Shown here one piece after another: positions 35,306-45,331 of a stretch of DNA of 64,000 nt (position 1 is its first letter; the number at the start of each line of letters is the position of its first letter). Source of the stretch: an uncultured Pseudobdellovibrionaceae bacterium (GTDB lineage Bacteria > Bdellovibrionota > Bdellovibrionia > Bdellovibrionales > JAGQZY01). A model generated the notes under the pieces. The model saw nothing but the letters and a program-made list of their open reading frames with translations, was not told the origin of the DNA and did not search any database. Position numbers and translations under genes: made by a program. The stretch is taken from assembly GCA_964579625.1 (NCBI GenBank), contig CAZOGU010000003.1, forward strand, positions 4,995 to 68,994, given 5' to 3'.

Positions 35306-36062
35306 AATCGTAAATGCCATCGAAGTTATAGATCTCTGCAAAACCTTTAATGGTGTGGACTATGTGCTGAATAGCCTCGATCTCGTGGTTCCTAAAGGAA
35401 AGATCACTGTGATCATTGGCTTTAGCGGAACGGGAAAGAGTGTTTTGCTTCGGCATATTTTGGGATTGATCAAACCAACTTCGGGACATATTAAAATTTT
35501 GGGACAAGACATCACCACTCTGTCAGACGATGCTGCCATTCAGATGCGAATGAAGTTTGGAGTTTTATTTCAGTATGCGGCGCTGTTTGACGATATGTCT
35601 GTTTTGGGAAATGTGTTATTTCCACTCAAAGAACACCGCAAGGATTTGTCCGTGCAACAGATGAAAGACATCGCTTACGAAAAACTGAGACTCGCTGGAC
35701 TAGACGAAAAGCACTATAACAAATTGCCTTCGGAGATTAGCGGCGGGATGAGAAAACGCTGTGGTCTTGCGCGCGCCCTGGCTCTTGATCCAGACGTTCT
35801 AGTGTATGACGAACCAACGACTGGGTTGGACCCTATTCTCACAGAAATGGTGGATAATCTCATCCTAACTACGCATAATCATAAGGAAGGGTCGTCCACT
35901 TTGGTCGTCTCACATGATTTGCATGCAGCGTTCCGCATCGGAGATTACGTAGCTATGTTGGACAGTGGTAAAGTCTTACTTCACGGACCCCCTAAGGTTT
36001 TCTTCGAAACTGATATTCCACTTGTTAAAAAGTTTGTTGATAAAGGGGTTCATAAAAAATGA
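35298..36062 (+). CDS. mlaF: MlaF-like ABC transporter ATP-binding protein
   Basis: Walker A GFSGTGKS, signature SGGMRKR, Walker B LVYDEPTTGLD. Confidence 0.9.
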   Translation: MSKIVNAIEVIDLCKTFNGVDYVLNSLDLVVPKGKITVIIGFSGTGKSVLLRHILGLIKPTSGHIKILGQDITTLSDDAAIQMRMKFGVLFQYAALFDDMSVLGNVLFPLKEHRKDLSVQQMKDIAYEKLRLAGLDEKHYNKLPSEISGGMRKRCGLARALALDPDVLVYDEPTTGLDPILTEMVDNLILTTHNHKEGSSTLVVSHDLHAAFRIGDYVAMLDSGKVLLHGPPKVFFETDIPLVKKFVDKGVHKK

Positions 36063-37384
36063 GCCCAGTTTTAAAAACGCCAGAATTCAAGGTAGGGCTT
36101 CTTGTTCTCGTTGTTTCGGGAATTATTGGCGCCATGTCTTTGCAAGTCAGCGAGAGTGCGGGCTTTATGGGCGGAAAAAAACTGTGGTTCACTCTCGAGA
36201 ACGCTGCGGGGTTGATTAAAAATGGCCCCGTGCATGTGGCGGGAATTCGTGTGGGTGTTGTAAAAACAATCAGCCTTGCCGAAGATGGACAAGCGCGCAT
36301 TGATGTGGTGGTACAGCCCGAAGTGCGTTTGAGTAAATCATCCAAAGTGCAAATTCGTCCCAACGGAATTTTAGGTGATAAACATATCGAAATCGTTCCC
36401 GGGAATCCCAACGATCCGATGCTCGAATCAGGCGATCGCATTAGCGGTGTTGAAGACTCTGCAAGTTTGGACAAACTCATCACACAAGTGAACAAAGTCG
36501 CTACGTCCCTCACCGTGGTGGTGGATAATCTTCGCGATGCCACAGAGGGTGATGATAGCAAACCTGTTGGAAAAATTATTAAGAATTTCGAAAGTCTCAC
36601 GAGCGACTTAGCGCAATTGGTTCGCGAGAAAAAAGGCGAAGTGGGTGAGATTATCACCACCATGAAAAACGCGATGGCCCGTATCGATCGTGCAATGGTG
36701 AATATTGAATCCATCTCTACCAAAATCAACGAAGGCCAGGGGCCGATTGGTCGTTTGATCAATGATGAGCAAATGGGCGACTCTTTGGATTCGACGATCG
36801 AAACCTTCGGTTTCTTCTCAGATTTAACAATGAAAACAGATATCAGCTTGGAAGCGCACTCGAATTCCATTCCGCGTCAGGATGGATTTCGTTCTTACAT
36901 AGGCGCCAATATTCGCACCGGTCTTGACCGGTTTTACGAGGCGGGGCTTGTGTCCACGCCCGTGGGCGTAATGAATGAGAAAACCACCACAACCACAGTG
37001 GGACCAGGGCCATCAACAATCACCAATGAAAAAGTTGTCTTTGAAAATAAGTACCGTTTTACCGCCTTATTTGGTAAGAACTTTTATGATTTCGGTCTCA
37101 AAGCGGGGTTGATTGAAAACACCGGTGGGGTTGGAATCGAGTACACGGCGTTGCGAAAGCGTCTTAAAGTTGGTGTGGATGCTTTTGACTTCGGTGGCAG
37201 TGATAACGAAGAAGATGATATGAAGCTTCGACCGTATGTACGCTATAACATTATGAAAGGCGTATTTGTTCAAGGCGGTGGTGAAGATATGCTCAATGAA
37301 CGCAAACGTTCGGTCTTCTTTGGAGCGGGTGTGTTCTTGTCGAGCGATGATCTTAAAGGTCTACTGTCGAGAGTAAATCTATAA
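36059..37384 (+). CDS. MCE/MlaD-domain protein with a long C-terminal extension
   Basis: N-terminal TM plus MCE domain (VAGIRVGVVKTISL...VQIRPNGILGDKHIEIVPG). At 441 aa it is much longer than canonical MlaD. ATGA overlap with mlaF. Confidence 0.8.
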   Translation: MSPVLKTPEFKVGLLVLVVSGIIGAMSLQVSESAGFMGGKKLWFTLENAAGLIKNGPVHVAGIRVGVVKTISLAEDGQARIDVVVQPEVRLSKSSKVQIRPNGILGDKHIEIVPGNPNDPMLESGDRISGVEDSASLDKLITQVNKVATSLTVVVDNLRDATEGDDSKPVGKIIKNFESLTSDLAQLVREKKGEVGEIITTMKNAMARIDRAMVNIESISTKINEGQGPIGRLINDEQMGDSLDSTIETFGFFSDLTMKTDISLEAHSNSIPRQDGFRSYIGANIRTGLDRFYEAGLVSTPVGVMNEKTTTTTVGPGPSTITNEKVVFENKYRFTALFGKNFYDFGLKAGLIENTGGVGIEYTALRKRLKVGVDAFDFGGSDNEEDDMKLRPYVRYNIMKGVFVQGGGEDMLNERKRSVFFGAGVFLSSDDLKGLLSRVNL

Positions 37385-37390
37385 TAAAAT

Positions 37391-38917
37391 ATGTTTCAAA
37401 AAATTCTCACAAGCGTTTCCGATAAAACCGGTTTGGTTTCTTTTTTATCTCCATTTGCAGAAAACGGAGCCAAAATTATTTCATCCGGCGGAACGGCAAA
37501 GACACTTCGCGAATCAGGTTTGAATGTCACAGATGTTTCCGATTACACGGGTTTTCCTGAATGCATGGACGGCCGAGTGAAAACGTTGCATCCCAAAGTG
37601 CACATGGGACTCCTTTATCGCCCCAGCATCGAAGAAGATTTGGATCTGCTTACCAAACACGAAGTGGTTCCCTTTGATCTTGTGGTTGTAAATCTTTATC
37701 CCTTTGAGCAGGCCAAGAAAAAGGGCCTTGCGGGAAAAGAGCTGATTGAATTTATTGATGTCGGTGGGCCGTCAATGTTACGGGCGGCGGCTAAAAATTT
37801 CGAAAACATCTGTGTGGTTTGCGATCCGGGTGATTACGCGTGGATTGCGCGCAAAGACGGGCAACTCACTTTGGATGATCGCAAGTATCTTGCTGCAAAA
37901 GTGTTCCAGTGGACTTCTCAGTACGATCAAATGATTGCGCAAAACTTTTACGAAGAGCTCAAACAACAAAACGAAACCAGTGTTCCTTTGTTAATCAAAG
38001 GGGACATTCAGTCGGCCCTTCGCTATGGGGAAAATCCCCATCAATCAGCAAAATGGTACCGCACAGAGGAAACAGGACTTCACCGCGCCAGTCTCTTGCA
38101 AGGAAAAGCGCTCTCTTACAATAATATTCTCGATTTGCAGGCGGCCTGTGCCACCGTACGGATGTTTAACGATCCCACATCCGTGGCGATCAAACACAAC
38201 AACCCTTGCGCCGTAGCAACGCATTCAGATCCCGATAAGAGCTTGGAAAAATGTTTAGCTTCAGATCCCGTGAGTGTTTTTGGCGGTATTGTGGCTTGTA
38301 ATTTTATACTTACTGAAAAACACGCGTTAAAACTGAGCGAGATTTTCTTAGAATGCATCATCGCACCAGAAATCAGTGTCGAAGCGGCGACTGTTTTCGA
38401 AAATAAAAAGAATCTTCGAATTTTAACCTGGCCAGAGATGCTGGATTTTTCTGCCGCCGATGAGATCAAAGGAATTGACGGTGGTCTCCTCGTGCAAGAT
38501 GTGGATCAGGTGGCGGAGGATCTATCTCAGTGGAAGTGGATGGGCGAAAAACCTTCAGAGGATGTACAGCAAGATCTTCTTTTTGCATGGAAAGTTTGTG
38601 CCTCATTAAAAAGCAATGCGATCAGTGTTTGCAAAGCGGGACAAACATTAGGTCTGGGCATGGGCCAGGTCAATCGTGTGGATGCCGTTCGTCAGGCGCT
38701 TTCGCGCGCCAAACAACATCATCCCCAACAGACGGAATTGATTCTCGCCAGTGATGCCTTTTTTCCATTCCCTGATTCGATCGAGATTGCTGCGCAAAAT
38801 GGCGTAAAATGGATTGTGCAACCCGGAGGATCTGTGAAAGACGAAGAAGTGATCGCAGCAGTGCAAAAAATGGGTCTTCAGATGGTATTAACCGGCCAAA
38901 GACACTTCCGCCATTAA
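37391..38917 (+). CDS. purH: Bifunctional AICAR transformylase / IMP cyclohydrolase
   Basis: 508 aa with SVSDKTG...SSGGTAKTL...GRVKTLHPKVH and the C-terminal AICARFT region. Confidence 0.95.
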   Translation: MFQKILTSVSDKTGLVSFLSPFAENGAKIISSGGTAKTLRESGLNVTDVSDYTGFPECMDGRVKTLHPKVHMGLLYRPSIEEDLDLLTKHEVVPFDLVVVNLYPFEQAKKKGLAGKELIEFIDVGGPSMLRAAAKNFENICVVCDPGDYAWIARKDGQLTLDDRKYLAAKVFQWTSQYDQMIAQNFYEELKQQNETSVPLLIKGDIQSALRYGENPHQSAKWYRTEETGLHRASLLQGKALSYNNILDLQAACATVRMFNDPTSVAIKHNNPCAVATHSDPDKSLEKCLASDPVSVFGGIVACNFILTEKHALKLSEIFLECIIAPEISVEAATVFENKKNLRILTWPEMLDFSAADEIKGIDGGLLVQDVDQVAEDLSQWKWMGEKPSEDVQQDLLFAWKVCASLKSNAISVCKAGQTLGLGMGQVNRVDAVRQALSRAKQHHPQQTELILASDAFFPFPDSIEIAAQNGVKWIVQPGGSVKDEEVIAAVQKMGLQMVLTGQRHFRH

Positions 38918-38926
38918 ACACGCCAG

Positions 38927-38956
38927 GATTCTTCCCTTCGCTCCGAATGACGAATC
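38927..38956 (+). repeat. Short intergenic motif of the TTCGCT..GAATGAC class
   Basis: GATTCTTCCCTTCGCTCCGAATGACGAATC. The ends GATTC/GAATC are complementary. About 19/26 identical to 42797-42822. Confidence 0.5.
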
Positions 38957-39020
38957 AAATAAGCATTTTTTGTGCTTTTCTATTTGTCAGACAAGGCCTA
39001 GGATATTTGATAGGGTGTAA

Positions 39021-40730
39021 ATGACAGAATTCAATCGACGCTTTAGTGATACAGATCCTTGCTGGCTGATTAAAGTCGATGCCCATATTTCGGGGCCCTT
39101 TTCTTTTAACGAAGTCATTACGAGATTAACAACTGGAACCTTGGCTCCCCATCATGAAGCAATGTCGCCCCTGGATCGTTGGCGACCGCTGCAGTCGCAG
39201 GCTTTGTTTGTCGCTGCCATCGAAAAGTTACGTCGTCGACAAGAAGAAGCGGTCGAGCATACGATGACCAAAACCGAAAGATCCAATGTGACAAAAACAA
39301 TGGATCTGACTCCCGACCGACAAACTCCAACGCCATTTCAGGATGCCCTGACACCTCCGCCACTGTTTAAACCAACAGCGGTGTCTCAGCGGGTCACTAC
39401 TGATTTTTCCCAAACAACGATGGGGCCCTCTCGAAAGCTTCCTTTACTCTACATCGGGCTTGCAGCCTTTGTGATAGTGATGGGCGCTTTGTATGTGATC
39501 AGCGGTTCCAACACGACAAGCGTGCCACTTGAAAAAAAATCAGATTTTGTTTCTTATTTTGATCAAGGTTTAAATCTTAAAAAAACCGCTCATTGGTCGG
39601 AAGCTCTCAAAAACTTTTCTTTAGCTCATCAGCTCAATCCGCGGGACGTAGATCTAACTTTAGAGATGGCGCCTCTTTTGATTCAACTCGAAGGGCAAAC
39701 AAGCTATGCTCGAAGTCTTGTCGAAAAGGCTTTGGTCGGACAATACAAAAAAGACACCATCGCCTTGGGTCAAAATTTATTGGGTCTTTCCCATTCTTAT
39801 GAGTCACAACAGCAGGCCTCAGCGTATTCGATGGCGCTGAAGCATTTTAATGAGTCGTTACAAAGTGACCCCGAAAACGAATACATTCCCACTCTCATTA
39901 ACAAAGGGTGGTTGTTGATTTCGCAAGGGCGCTATCGCGAAGCAGAAACTGTTCTTGTAAAAACCATTAACAAGAACCCCTATTCTCAAACGGGAGTTCT
40001 TTATCTGATTGAGGGATACCTTCTCGAAGGATCCAAGGACAACAATAAATCGGCTTACCAAAAAGCTCAGCAGCTCACCTCACAACTGGTGAATCATAAA
40101 ATATATGATGGTCAGCAAGAGATTTTACTTTTCCATGCCTTCTTGATGATGAAACTTGGCGGAGATCGAATTGCAATTCAACGCTTTTTGCAAAATGGCC
40201 TCTCTTTGGATCCCGATTTGACCAATGATCATGTGCATTCGCCACTTGTCGACTGGCGAGGTTATCAGTGGAAGCTGTTTACTTTTATTTGTCAGGATCT
40301 GAGTAAATTTACGACGGCGGAACAAAGTCAATTGCTGCAATTTGTTTGTAAATACAAAGGGCAGGGTGTTCTCGCGGCCCAACAATCCATCGACAGTTGG
40401 ATGGTGCGCTACCAAAAAGACCCGCGGGCGCATGTTGCCAGTGCCATCGCTTCACAGAGTGTGGGTGAGCTTGAAAAGGCACGTGAATCCCTTGCGCTTG
40501 CGCACAACATGGGAGCACAAGATCGTTTGTATTATCAGGTTCTTTTTAAAGTGTGTTTAAAATTAAAAGACAACTCGTGTTTAAAAGACATCCTGCCAAC
40601 GTTACTCAAGGTTTCTCCGCTTCATGCACATACGGCGCAAGTGGCTTTAAATCCCGAAGACTCCAACAGTTTTTTGCGCGGAGTGAAAGAATCATCTAAC
40701 TATTCACCGCTTTTGAGTCTGCAAAGATGA
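39021..40730 (+). CDS. GYF_2-like N-terminal domain, one TM segment and TPR-like repeats
   Basis: 569 aa. N-terminal WLIKVDAHISGPFSFNEVITRL resembles the GYF_2/DUF4339 motif. TM is LLYIGLAAFVIVMGALYVI. The C-terminal half is helical-repeat rich. Confidence 0.55.
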   Translation: MTEFNRRFSDTDPCWLIKVDAHISGPFSFNEVITRLTTGTLAPHHEAMSPLDRWRPLQSQALFVAAIEKLRRRQEEAVEHTMTKTERSNVTKTMDLTPDRQTPTPFQDALTPPPLFKPTAVSQRVTTDFSQTTMGPSRKLPLLYIGLAAFVIVMGALYVISGSNTTSVPLEKKSDFVSYFDQGLNLKKTAHWSEALKNFSLAHQLNPRDVDLTLEMAPLLIQLEGQTSYARSLVEKALVGQYKKDTIALGQNLLGLSHSYESQQQASAYSMALKHFNESLQSDPENEYIPTLINKGWLLISQGRYREAETVLVKTINKNPYSQTGVLYLIEGYLLEGSKDNNKSAYQKAQQLTSQLVNHKIYDGQQEILLFHAFLMMKLGGDRIAIQRFLQNGLSLDPDLTNDHVHSPLVDWRGYQWKLFTFICQDLSKFTTAEQSQLLQFVCKYKGQGVLAAQQSIDSWMVRYQKDPRAHVASAIASQSVGELEKARESLALAHNMGAQDRLYYQVLFKVCLKLKDNSCLKDILPTLLKVSPLHAHTAQVALNPEDSNSFLRGVKESSNYSPLLSLQR

Positions 40731-41302
40731 AACAATTTGTATCCACTTTGATCGTTCTTGTCTTTTGTTTTTCGTCATTCGCAGAGATGACTCAAGGTTC
40801 TGTGTTTGTTCCGAAAGAGCTGTTCGAAAAAATTCAAACGGAATTTGGAATTAAAAACTTTGATTTCAACTCCGAATTTTTTGATGTCGAGGTGGCGATT
40901 CAAGGAGAAAAGGGATCTGTTCAAAAATTAAAAGTCGGCTACACTCAAGAAGTTCTCGATCTCTCAAGCTATGTCGATAAGATTTGGCCCAAATTTACAA
41001 TCACATTCAAAGCGCCCTTTGATCTCGAGGGAGAAACCTCTCTTTATTTTATCAGCCGCTATAAAAAGATGGATCTCGGCACTCAGCAACTGGGGCTGGG
41101 TTGTGGGCAGGCTGTTAAAATAAAGTCACAAATCGGAAAAATCTTTTCTTCAAGTGGCGTGGCGCTGATGACCAAGGCAGGTCATTATCTCAATTTGCTT
41201 GGGGGAGATTACCTCTTGATTCAAAAAGAGGGACAAAAAATTAAAATGGTTTATTTTCGCATTCGCGACGGTCGTTGGTCCCATCGGCTTTGTGCCACCT
41301 AG
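40727..41302 (+). CDS. Small secreted hypothetical protein
   Basis: 191 aa with signal peptide MKQFVSTLIVLVFCFSSFA. ATGA overlap with the upstream gene. Confidence 0.55.
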   Translation: MKQFVSTLIVLVFCFSSFAEMTQGSVFVPKELFEKIQTEFGIKNFDFNSEFFDVEVAIQGEKGSVQKLKVGYTQEVLDLSSYVDKIWPKFTITFKAPFDLEGETSLYFISRYKKMDLGTQQLGLGCGQAVKIKSQIGKIFSSSGVALMTKAGHYLNLLGGDYLLIQKEGQKIKMVYFRIRDGRWSHRLCAT

Positions 41303-41316
41303 GAAATGAGTTCAAA

Positions 41317-42276
41317 ATGGAAAAAGTTTACATCTCGCAACTTCAAGACAAACAATCTGTTCAATCTTTGTTTTTAGCCAAAAGCAAAACATTGCTCAAA
41401 GATAAAAAAGGCAAAAGCTACATGAGCTTTTTGCTCAGTGATTCCACTGGCGACGTCGATGCTAAGGCCTGGGACAATGTGGATCAGCTCGAAGGTCAGT
41501 TTGATTCGGGTGATATCATTCTGGTTAAGGGGATCGTGCAACTTTATCAAAATCGCAAGCAAGTTGTGATTCATAAAATCGAAAGATATGAGGGCGAAGT
41601 GGATCTAAAAGATTATATTCAGTCTTCCAAAGTTCATCCAGAGAACTTGTATTTAGAGCTCACAAAGATTGTCGACGAAGTGAAGAGTGTGGCCCTAAGA
41701 ACTTTGATCTTGGGAGTGCTGAGTGACCCAACCATCAAGCCTCTTCTTCTGATTGCACCTGCTGCAAAATCAGTTCATCACGCCAAATTTGGTGGTCTTC
41801 TTGAGCACATTGTTTCGATCGTGAAGTTGGCGAAACTTGTTGGACAAAATTATCCGCAAATCAACATGGACCTTCTAGTTTTTGGCGCCATTTTTCATGA
41901 TATCGGAAAGATATGGGAACTTAAAATCGATGACGGTGGCATTCGTTACACCGATCGCGGTCGTTTGATTGGCCATATGGTGATGGCATGTGAGCTTGTC
42001 GAAAAAAAGACGCAGTCCATTTTTAATTTCCCACAGGAGCTTAAAGATATTTGTAAACACATGATCCTCAGCCACCATGGCAAGCATGAGTATGGTTCGC
42101 CTAAACTTCCACAAACGCTTGAGGCCTATGTTTTATGGATGCTGGACGAAATGGACAGTAAAATTGACTCCATCCAAACCGCGATGTCGTTGACACAAGG
42201 GGAGGAGCCGTGGTCATTGTATTCCCAGTTATTTGAGCGCAATTTTTATCTCAAAGGGAATCAGTGGTCGGAATGA
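41317..42276 (+). CDS. yhaM: YhaM-like 3'-5' exoribonuclease (OB-fold plus HD domain)
   Basis: N-terminal OB fold ([17 protein letters not shown]...). HD motifs are [17 protein letters not shown] and [12 protein letters not shown]. Confidence 0.8.
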   Translation: MEKVYISQLQDKQSVQSLFLAKSKTLLKDKKGKSYMSFLLSDSTGDVDAKAWDNVDQLEGQFDSGDIILVKGIVQLYQNRKQVVIHKIERYEGEVDLKDYIQSSKVHPENLYLELTKIVDEVKSVALRTLILGVLSDPTIKPLLLIAPAAKSVHHAKFGGLLEHIVSIVKLAKLVGQNYPQINMDLLVFGAIFHDIGKIWELKIDDGGIRYTDRGRLIGHMVMACELVEKKTQSIFNFPQELKDICKHMILSHHGKHEYGSPKLPQTLEAYVLWMLDEMDSKIDSIQTAMSLTQGEEPWSLYSQLFERNFYLKGNQWSE

Positions 42277-42779
42277 TCGAGTTTTTAAAAGTCTATCGCA
42301 GAAACGACCCAGCTGCGCGGTCGTATTTAGAAGTGCTGTTATTGTATCCAGGTCCTAAAGCGATTTTCTTTCATCGCATCGCTCATTGTCTGTATAAATT
42401 GAGACTCTACTTTTTAGCTCGTTTGGTGAGCGAGATTTCCCGCTGGTTCACGCTGATCGAAATTCACCCCGGCGCCAAGCTTGGTAAAAAACTATTTATC
42501 GATCATGGTTCAGGCGTCGTCATCGGCGAAACCGCAATCGTAGGCGATAACTGTATGATCTATCACGGAGTCACCTTGGGAGGCGTTTCACTCAGCCAAT
42601 TTAAGCGTCACCCCACGCTGGAAGACGGTGTCATGGTCGGAGCCGGCGCCAAAGTCTTAGGCTCAATCACCATTGGCAAAAACGCCAAAGTCGGCGCCAA
42701 CTCAGTCGTCACAAAAGACGTCGCTCCTGGAATTGCAGTCGCCGGCGTCCCCGCAAAAGAGCTAGGCACTCTGTCTTAA
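42273..42779 (+). CDS. cysE: Serine O-acetyltransferase (short form)
   Basis: Motifs RIAHCLY...[27 protein letters not shown]...VTLGG...[10 protein letters not shown], with hexapeptide repeats. ATGA overlap with the yhaM-like stop. Confidence 0.85.
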   Translation: MIEFLKVYRRNDPAARSYLEVLLLYPGPKAIFFHRIAHCLYKLRLYFLARLVSEISRWFTLIEIHPGAKLGKKLFIDHGSGVVIGETAIVGDNCMIYHGVTLGGVSLSQFKRHPTLEDGVMVGAGAKVLGSITIGKNAKVGANSVVTKDVAPGIAVAGVPAKELGTLS

Positions 42780-42796
42780 AGCAGTCGCACAGTCCC

Positions 42797-42822
42797 CTTC
42801 TTTCCGGTCAGGATGATGAATC
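42797..42822 (+). repeat. Degenerate copy of the short TTC..GGATGA..GAATC motif
   Basis: CTTCTTTCCGGTCAGGATGATGAATC, about 19/26 identical to the motif at 38931-38956. Confidence 0.4.
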
Positions 42823-42932
42823 CATAGTGGCCCTAAAACGTCACTTTGGCTATAAAATAGCTCTAAAAACCAATATATTCGATTTGGGCTGGTCTTTGAA
42901 TTGCTCCATTGATGGGTATTTGGGAGGACTTT

Positions 42933-43697
42933 GTGTTTAAGACGATTATTACTTTGATTGCGATCAGTGGCTTGCTTGTGGCCTGTGGGAATGATGAGAA
43001 TTCGATTCCGTATAAGGCCTCTATTAAAACGAATGTTTTACCGCAGTCTTTAGAGGAAAAAGCATTGAGTTTATCTCAGCAAGGAAAATCCCTTGTTTCA
43101 TCGGTTTCAAGCAGAAACATTAAACACGAAACAATTGGGGTTAATCTAGATATCACAAATAAGAATACAGATGCGCCAGAAATTAAAGTAACGGTGTCTT
43201 ATTCACAATCACCGGGGACTTGTTCGCAAGCTCTCTATCGCGGGGCCGAGGCTTTCGATAGCAATTCTTTGGCGACTTTAGGTCGAAAAATTGAAATTGA
43301 AGAGTTTGGTAATATCCAATGTATGGTTTACGATAAGAAAAATAAACGCTGTGACTTCTTATTTGTTATGATCACTCAAACACCAAGTTCTGTTGTTGCG
43401 GATAAAGATGCCTTGTCGAGAGATGATGGCATGGTTCCAGCCGCTGTTTTCCTTGTCATGGAAAATATGTCTGGTAGTAGCAACAGTGATCAGTTTGTTC
43501 CCGCCCAATTTCAAGTGGATAACTTTCTTAAAATTCCAAGAAACGAAACTGAATATCAGTTTTGTATGAAGCCACAACAAATCATTCAAAATACATCCGA
43601 TATTCTTTACCCAATCGATCCAACCGGAGACTTGGATGAAGATTATTACTACGAAGATTATTACAACAACTACGACTTCGGCGGATTTTACAATTAA
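42933..43697 (+). CDS. Lipoprotein, unknown function
   Basis: GTG start after GGGAGGA. Lipobox ISGLLVACGNDE. Tyr/Asp-rich C-terminus. Confidence 0.65.
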   Translation: MFKTIITLIAISGLLVACGNDENSIPYKASIKTNVLPQSLEEKALSLSQQGKSLVSSVSSRNIKHETIGVNLDITNKNTDAPEIKVTVSYSQSPGTCSQALYRGAEAFDSNSLATLGRKIEIEEFGNIQCMVYDKKNKRCDFLFVMITQTPSSVVADKDALSRDDGMVPAAVFLVMENMSGSSNSDQFVPAQFQVDNFLKIPRNETEYQFCMKPQQIIQNTSDILYPIDPTGDLDEDYYYEDYYNNYDFGGFYN

Positions 43698-43743
43698 TCG
43701 AAGTCATCGATAACTACCGTTCTCACAATTCTGAACTTCCCAA

Positions 43744-43771
43744 AAGCCGTCTATTATAAGGACGGCTTTTT
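43744..43771 (+). terminator. Intrinsic terminator
   Basis: AAGCCGTC tattataag GACGGCTT TTT. Confidence 0.75.
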
Positions 43772-43793
43772 CGTTGAAGTGGACACAGAGAGG

Positions 43794-43826
43794 GACATCC
43801 TGAGCTGAGCGAAGCGAAGAAAGACC
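43794..43826 (-). repeat. Reverse-orientation copy of the TTCGCTCAGCTCAG motif
   Basis: The reverse complement reads GGTCTTTCTTCGCTTCGCTCAGCTCAGGATGTC. Compare 19086-19106, CTTCGCTCAGCTCAGATGAC. Confidence 0.55.
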
Positions 43827-44002
43827 TTGGTGTCTTGCAAGCCTTTCACGGTGCCAAAAATTGTACATTTCAGACGCTCTCAATCCAAAATGTCACCGCT
43901 TCGAACGTCTAAGTCCGTTCATTAAGATCTGAGGTGGTCTGTGTATTGCTCTTTAGGGCCTTTGAGAAATTAATCTCGTTTATTTTATTTTGGAGGACTC
44001 AA

Positions 44003-45133
44003 ATGAAGAAACAAGTACTAATAACAATGACTCTGGTCGGAATGACCCTGGCAGCTTGCTCCAAAAAGGACAGCTACCGCGCTGGCAAGCTTGATAATGA
44101 CATCAACGGCGGCTTGAAGGGCGATTCACAAACAGAAGCTTCAATCGCTGTAGAACAAAAAGCCCTTGAGATCCTCGAAAAAGACACATCATTTATGTCA
44201 GTTCAGGACAACCAACTGAGCGAAAATTTAAAAGACAGTATCAATGGGATCGAAGTTAAACAAATGGTCCAAGAAACAGAAAATACAGATATCTCAGTTA
44301 CTCAGTTTACAATTCTTGATAAAGAGTCTAAAGATTGTTCTCCCGTCCAATTTAATACTCAAGGTTACACACAAGAAGCGCTTCGTAAGGGTGTAAAAAT
44401 CAAAGGCAAATATCGTTTGCAGTGTATTAATTCGGATTGTAATGACTTACTTCTTTTTAGTGAGAAATATATCACTGCAGGTCCGCAATCTGTAGAAGCC
44501 ATTCAGGCCAGTGCTGTCGTTCGCTTGAGCAAAGACGAAAACGGTGTCTATAAGCCAGTTCAAAGTGAAAGTGATGTATTTGCAAAAGTTCAAAGCATCG
44601 ATGACGCCATCCAAACATGTTTAACGGATAAAGCAACCAAAGCACTTCCAGAAGCTCACGGTACCAACGCTGAAAGTCGAAAAGCCTCTGATGCCAACGT
44701 TGATGCAGACAAGCGTCGTCTTTATCAAGTGAATCAAGACATCGGAAAGCTTCAATCTCAATTAAAGAATTCTTCGAACAGTCTTGGCCGTCAAGCGATC
44801 CAAGCTGAAATCGATTCCTTAAACGCCGAGCGCGTCCAACTTCAAAAAAGTATCCAACAAAAACAAAAAGACGATGTTCAAGCTCGCGATGTAAAAGCTC
44901 GTAAAGAGTATGCAGCATCACGCAAAGAAGCCCGTCTGTTACAAATCGAAGCTGACATCAAAGCTCTGGATGCAGAACTTGCAAACACAGGAACCTTCAG
45001 CTTCTTAAAGCGCGGCGAATTGAACAAAAAGCGCGCTGACCTTGTAAGAGCTCAAGAAGCATTAAGTGAAAGCATGGAAAAGACCGAAAAAGCAGACGAC
45101 ATCGAAATGATCGATCCTACAGGCGATATGTAA
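44003..45133 (+). CDS. Lipoprotein with a C-terminal coiled-coil region
   Basis: ATG after GGAGGA. Lipobox LVGMTLAACSKKD. The C-terminal third is rich in K/E/Q/A heptad-like sequence. Confidence 0.65.
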   Translation: MKKQVLITMTLVGMTLAACSKKDSYRAGKLDNDINGGLKGDSQTEASIAVEQKALEILEKDTSFMSVQDNQLSENLKDSINGIEVKQMVQETENTDISVTQFTILDKESKDCSPVQFNTQGYTQEALRKGVKIKGKYRLQCINSDCNDLLLFSEKYITAGPQSVEAIQASAVVRLSKDENGVYKPVQSESDVFAKVQSIDDAIQTCLTDKATKALPEAHGTNAESRKASDANVDADKRRLYQVNQDIGKLQSQLKNSSNSLGRQAIQAEIDSLNAERVQLQKSIQQKQKDDVQARDVKARKEYAASRKEARLLQIEADIKALDAELANTGTFSFLKRGELNKKRADLVRAQEALSESMEKTEKADDIEMIDPTGDM

Positions 45134-45162
45134 GCTTTCTGTGACCGAAATTTAAAAACCCA

Positions 45163-45190
45163 AAAGGCTGCACAGTGTGCGGCCTTTTTT
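45163..45190 (+). terminator. Intrinsic terminator
   Basis: AAGGCTGCAC agt GTGCGGCCTT followed by TTTTT (one G-U pair). Confidence 0.75.
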
Positions 45191-45331
45191 TGGTCAAAAT
45201 TATCCCAAAAATCTCAACCATTTTCGGGTTTTTGGTGTTCTGGCCCTCGCGGCATAGGACCGTCAAGATTGACGCCGCCCGCGTCCTCTGTTAGCAAGAA
45301 ACTTCAATCATTTTTGTATGAGGGTTTTTGC

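Noticed and set aside
36025-36870. 281-aa minus-strand ORF antisense to the MlaD-like gene.
   Set aside because: It lies entirely within a well-supported plus-strand MCE-domain CDS. Its composition is Ser/Thr/Pro/Ile-rich and low-complexity, with no RBS or motif. Typical antisense shadow ORF.
45191-45331. SAM riboswitch upstream of metK.
   Set aside because: I could not recognise SAM-I, SAM-II or SAM-V consensus elements in the 140-nt leader. A covariance-model scan would be needed, so no claim is made.
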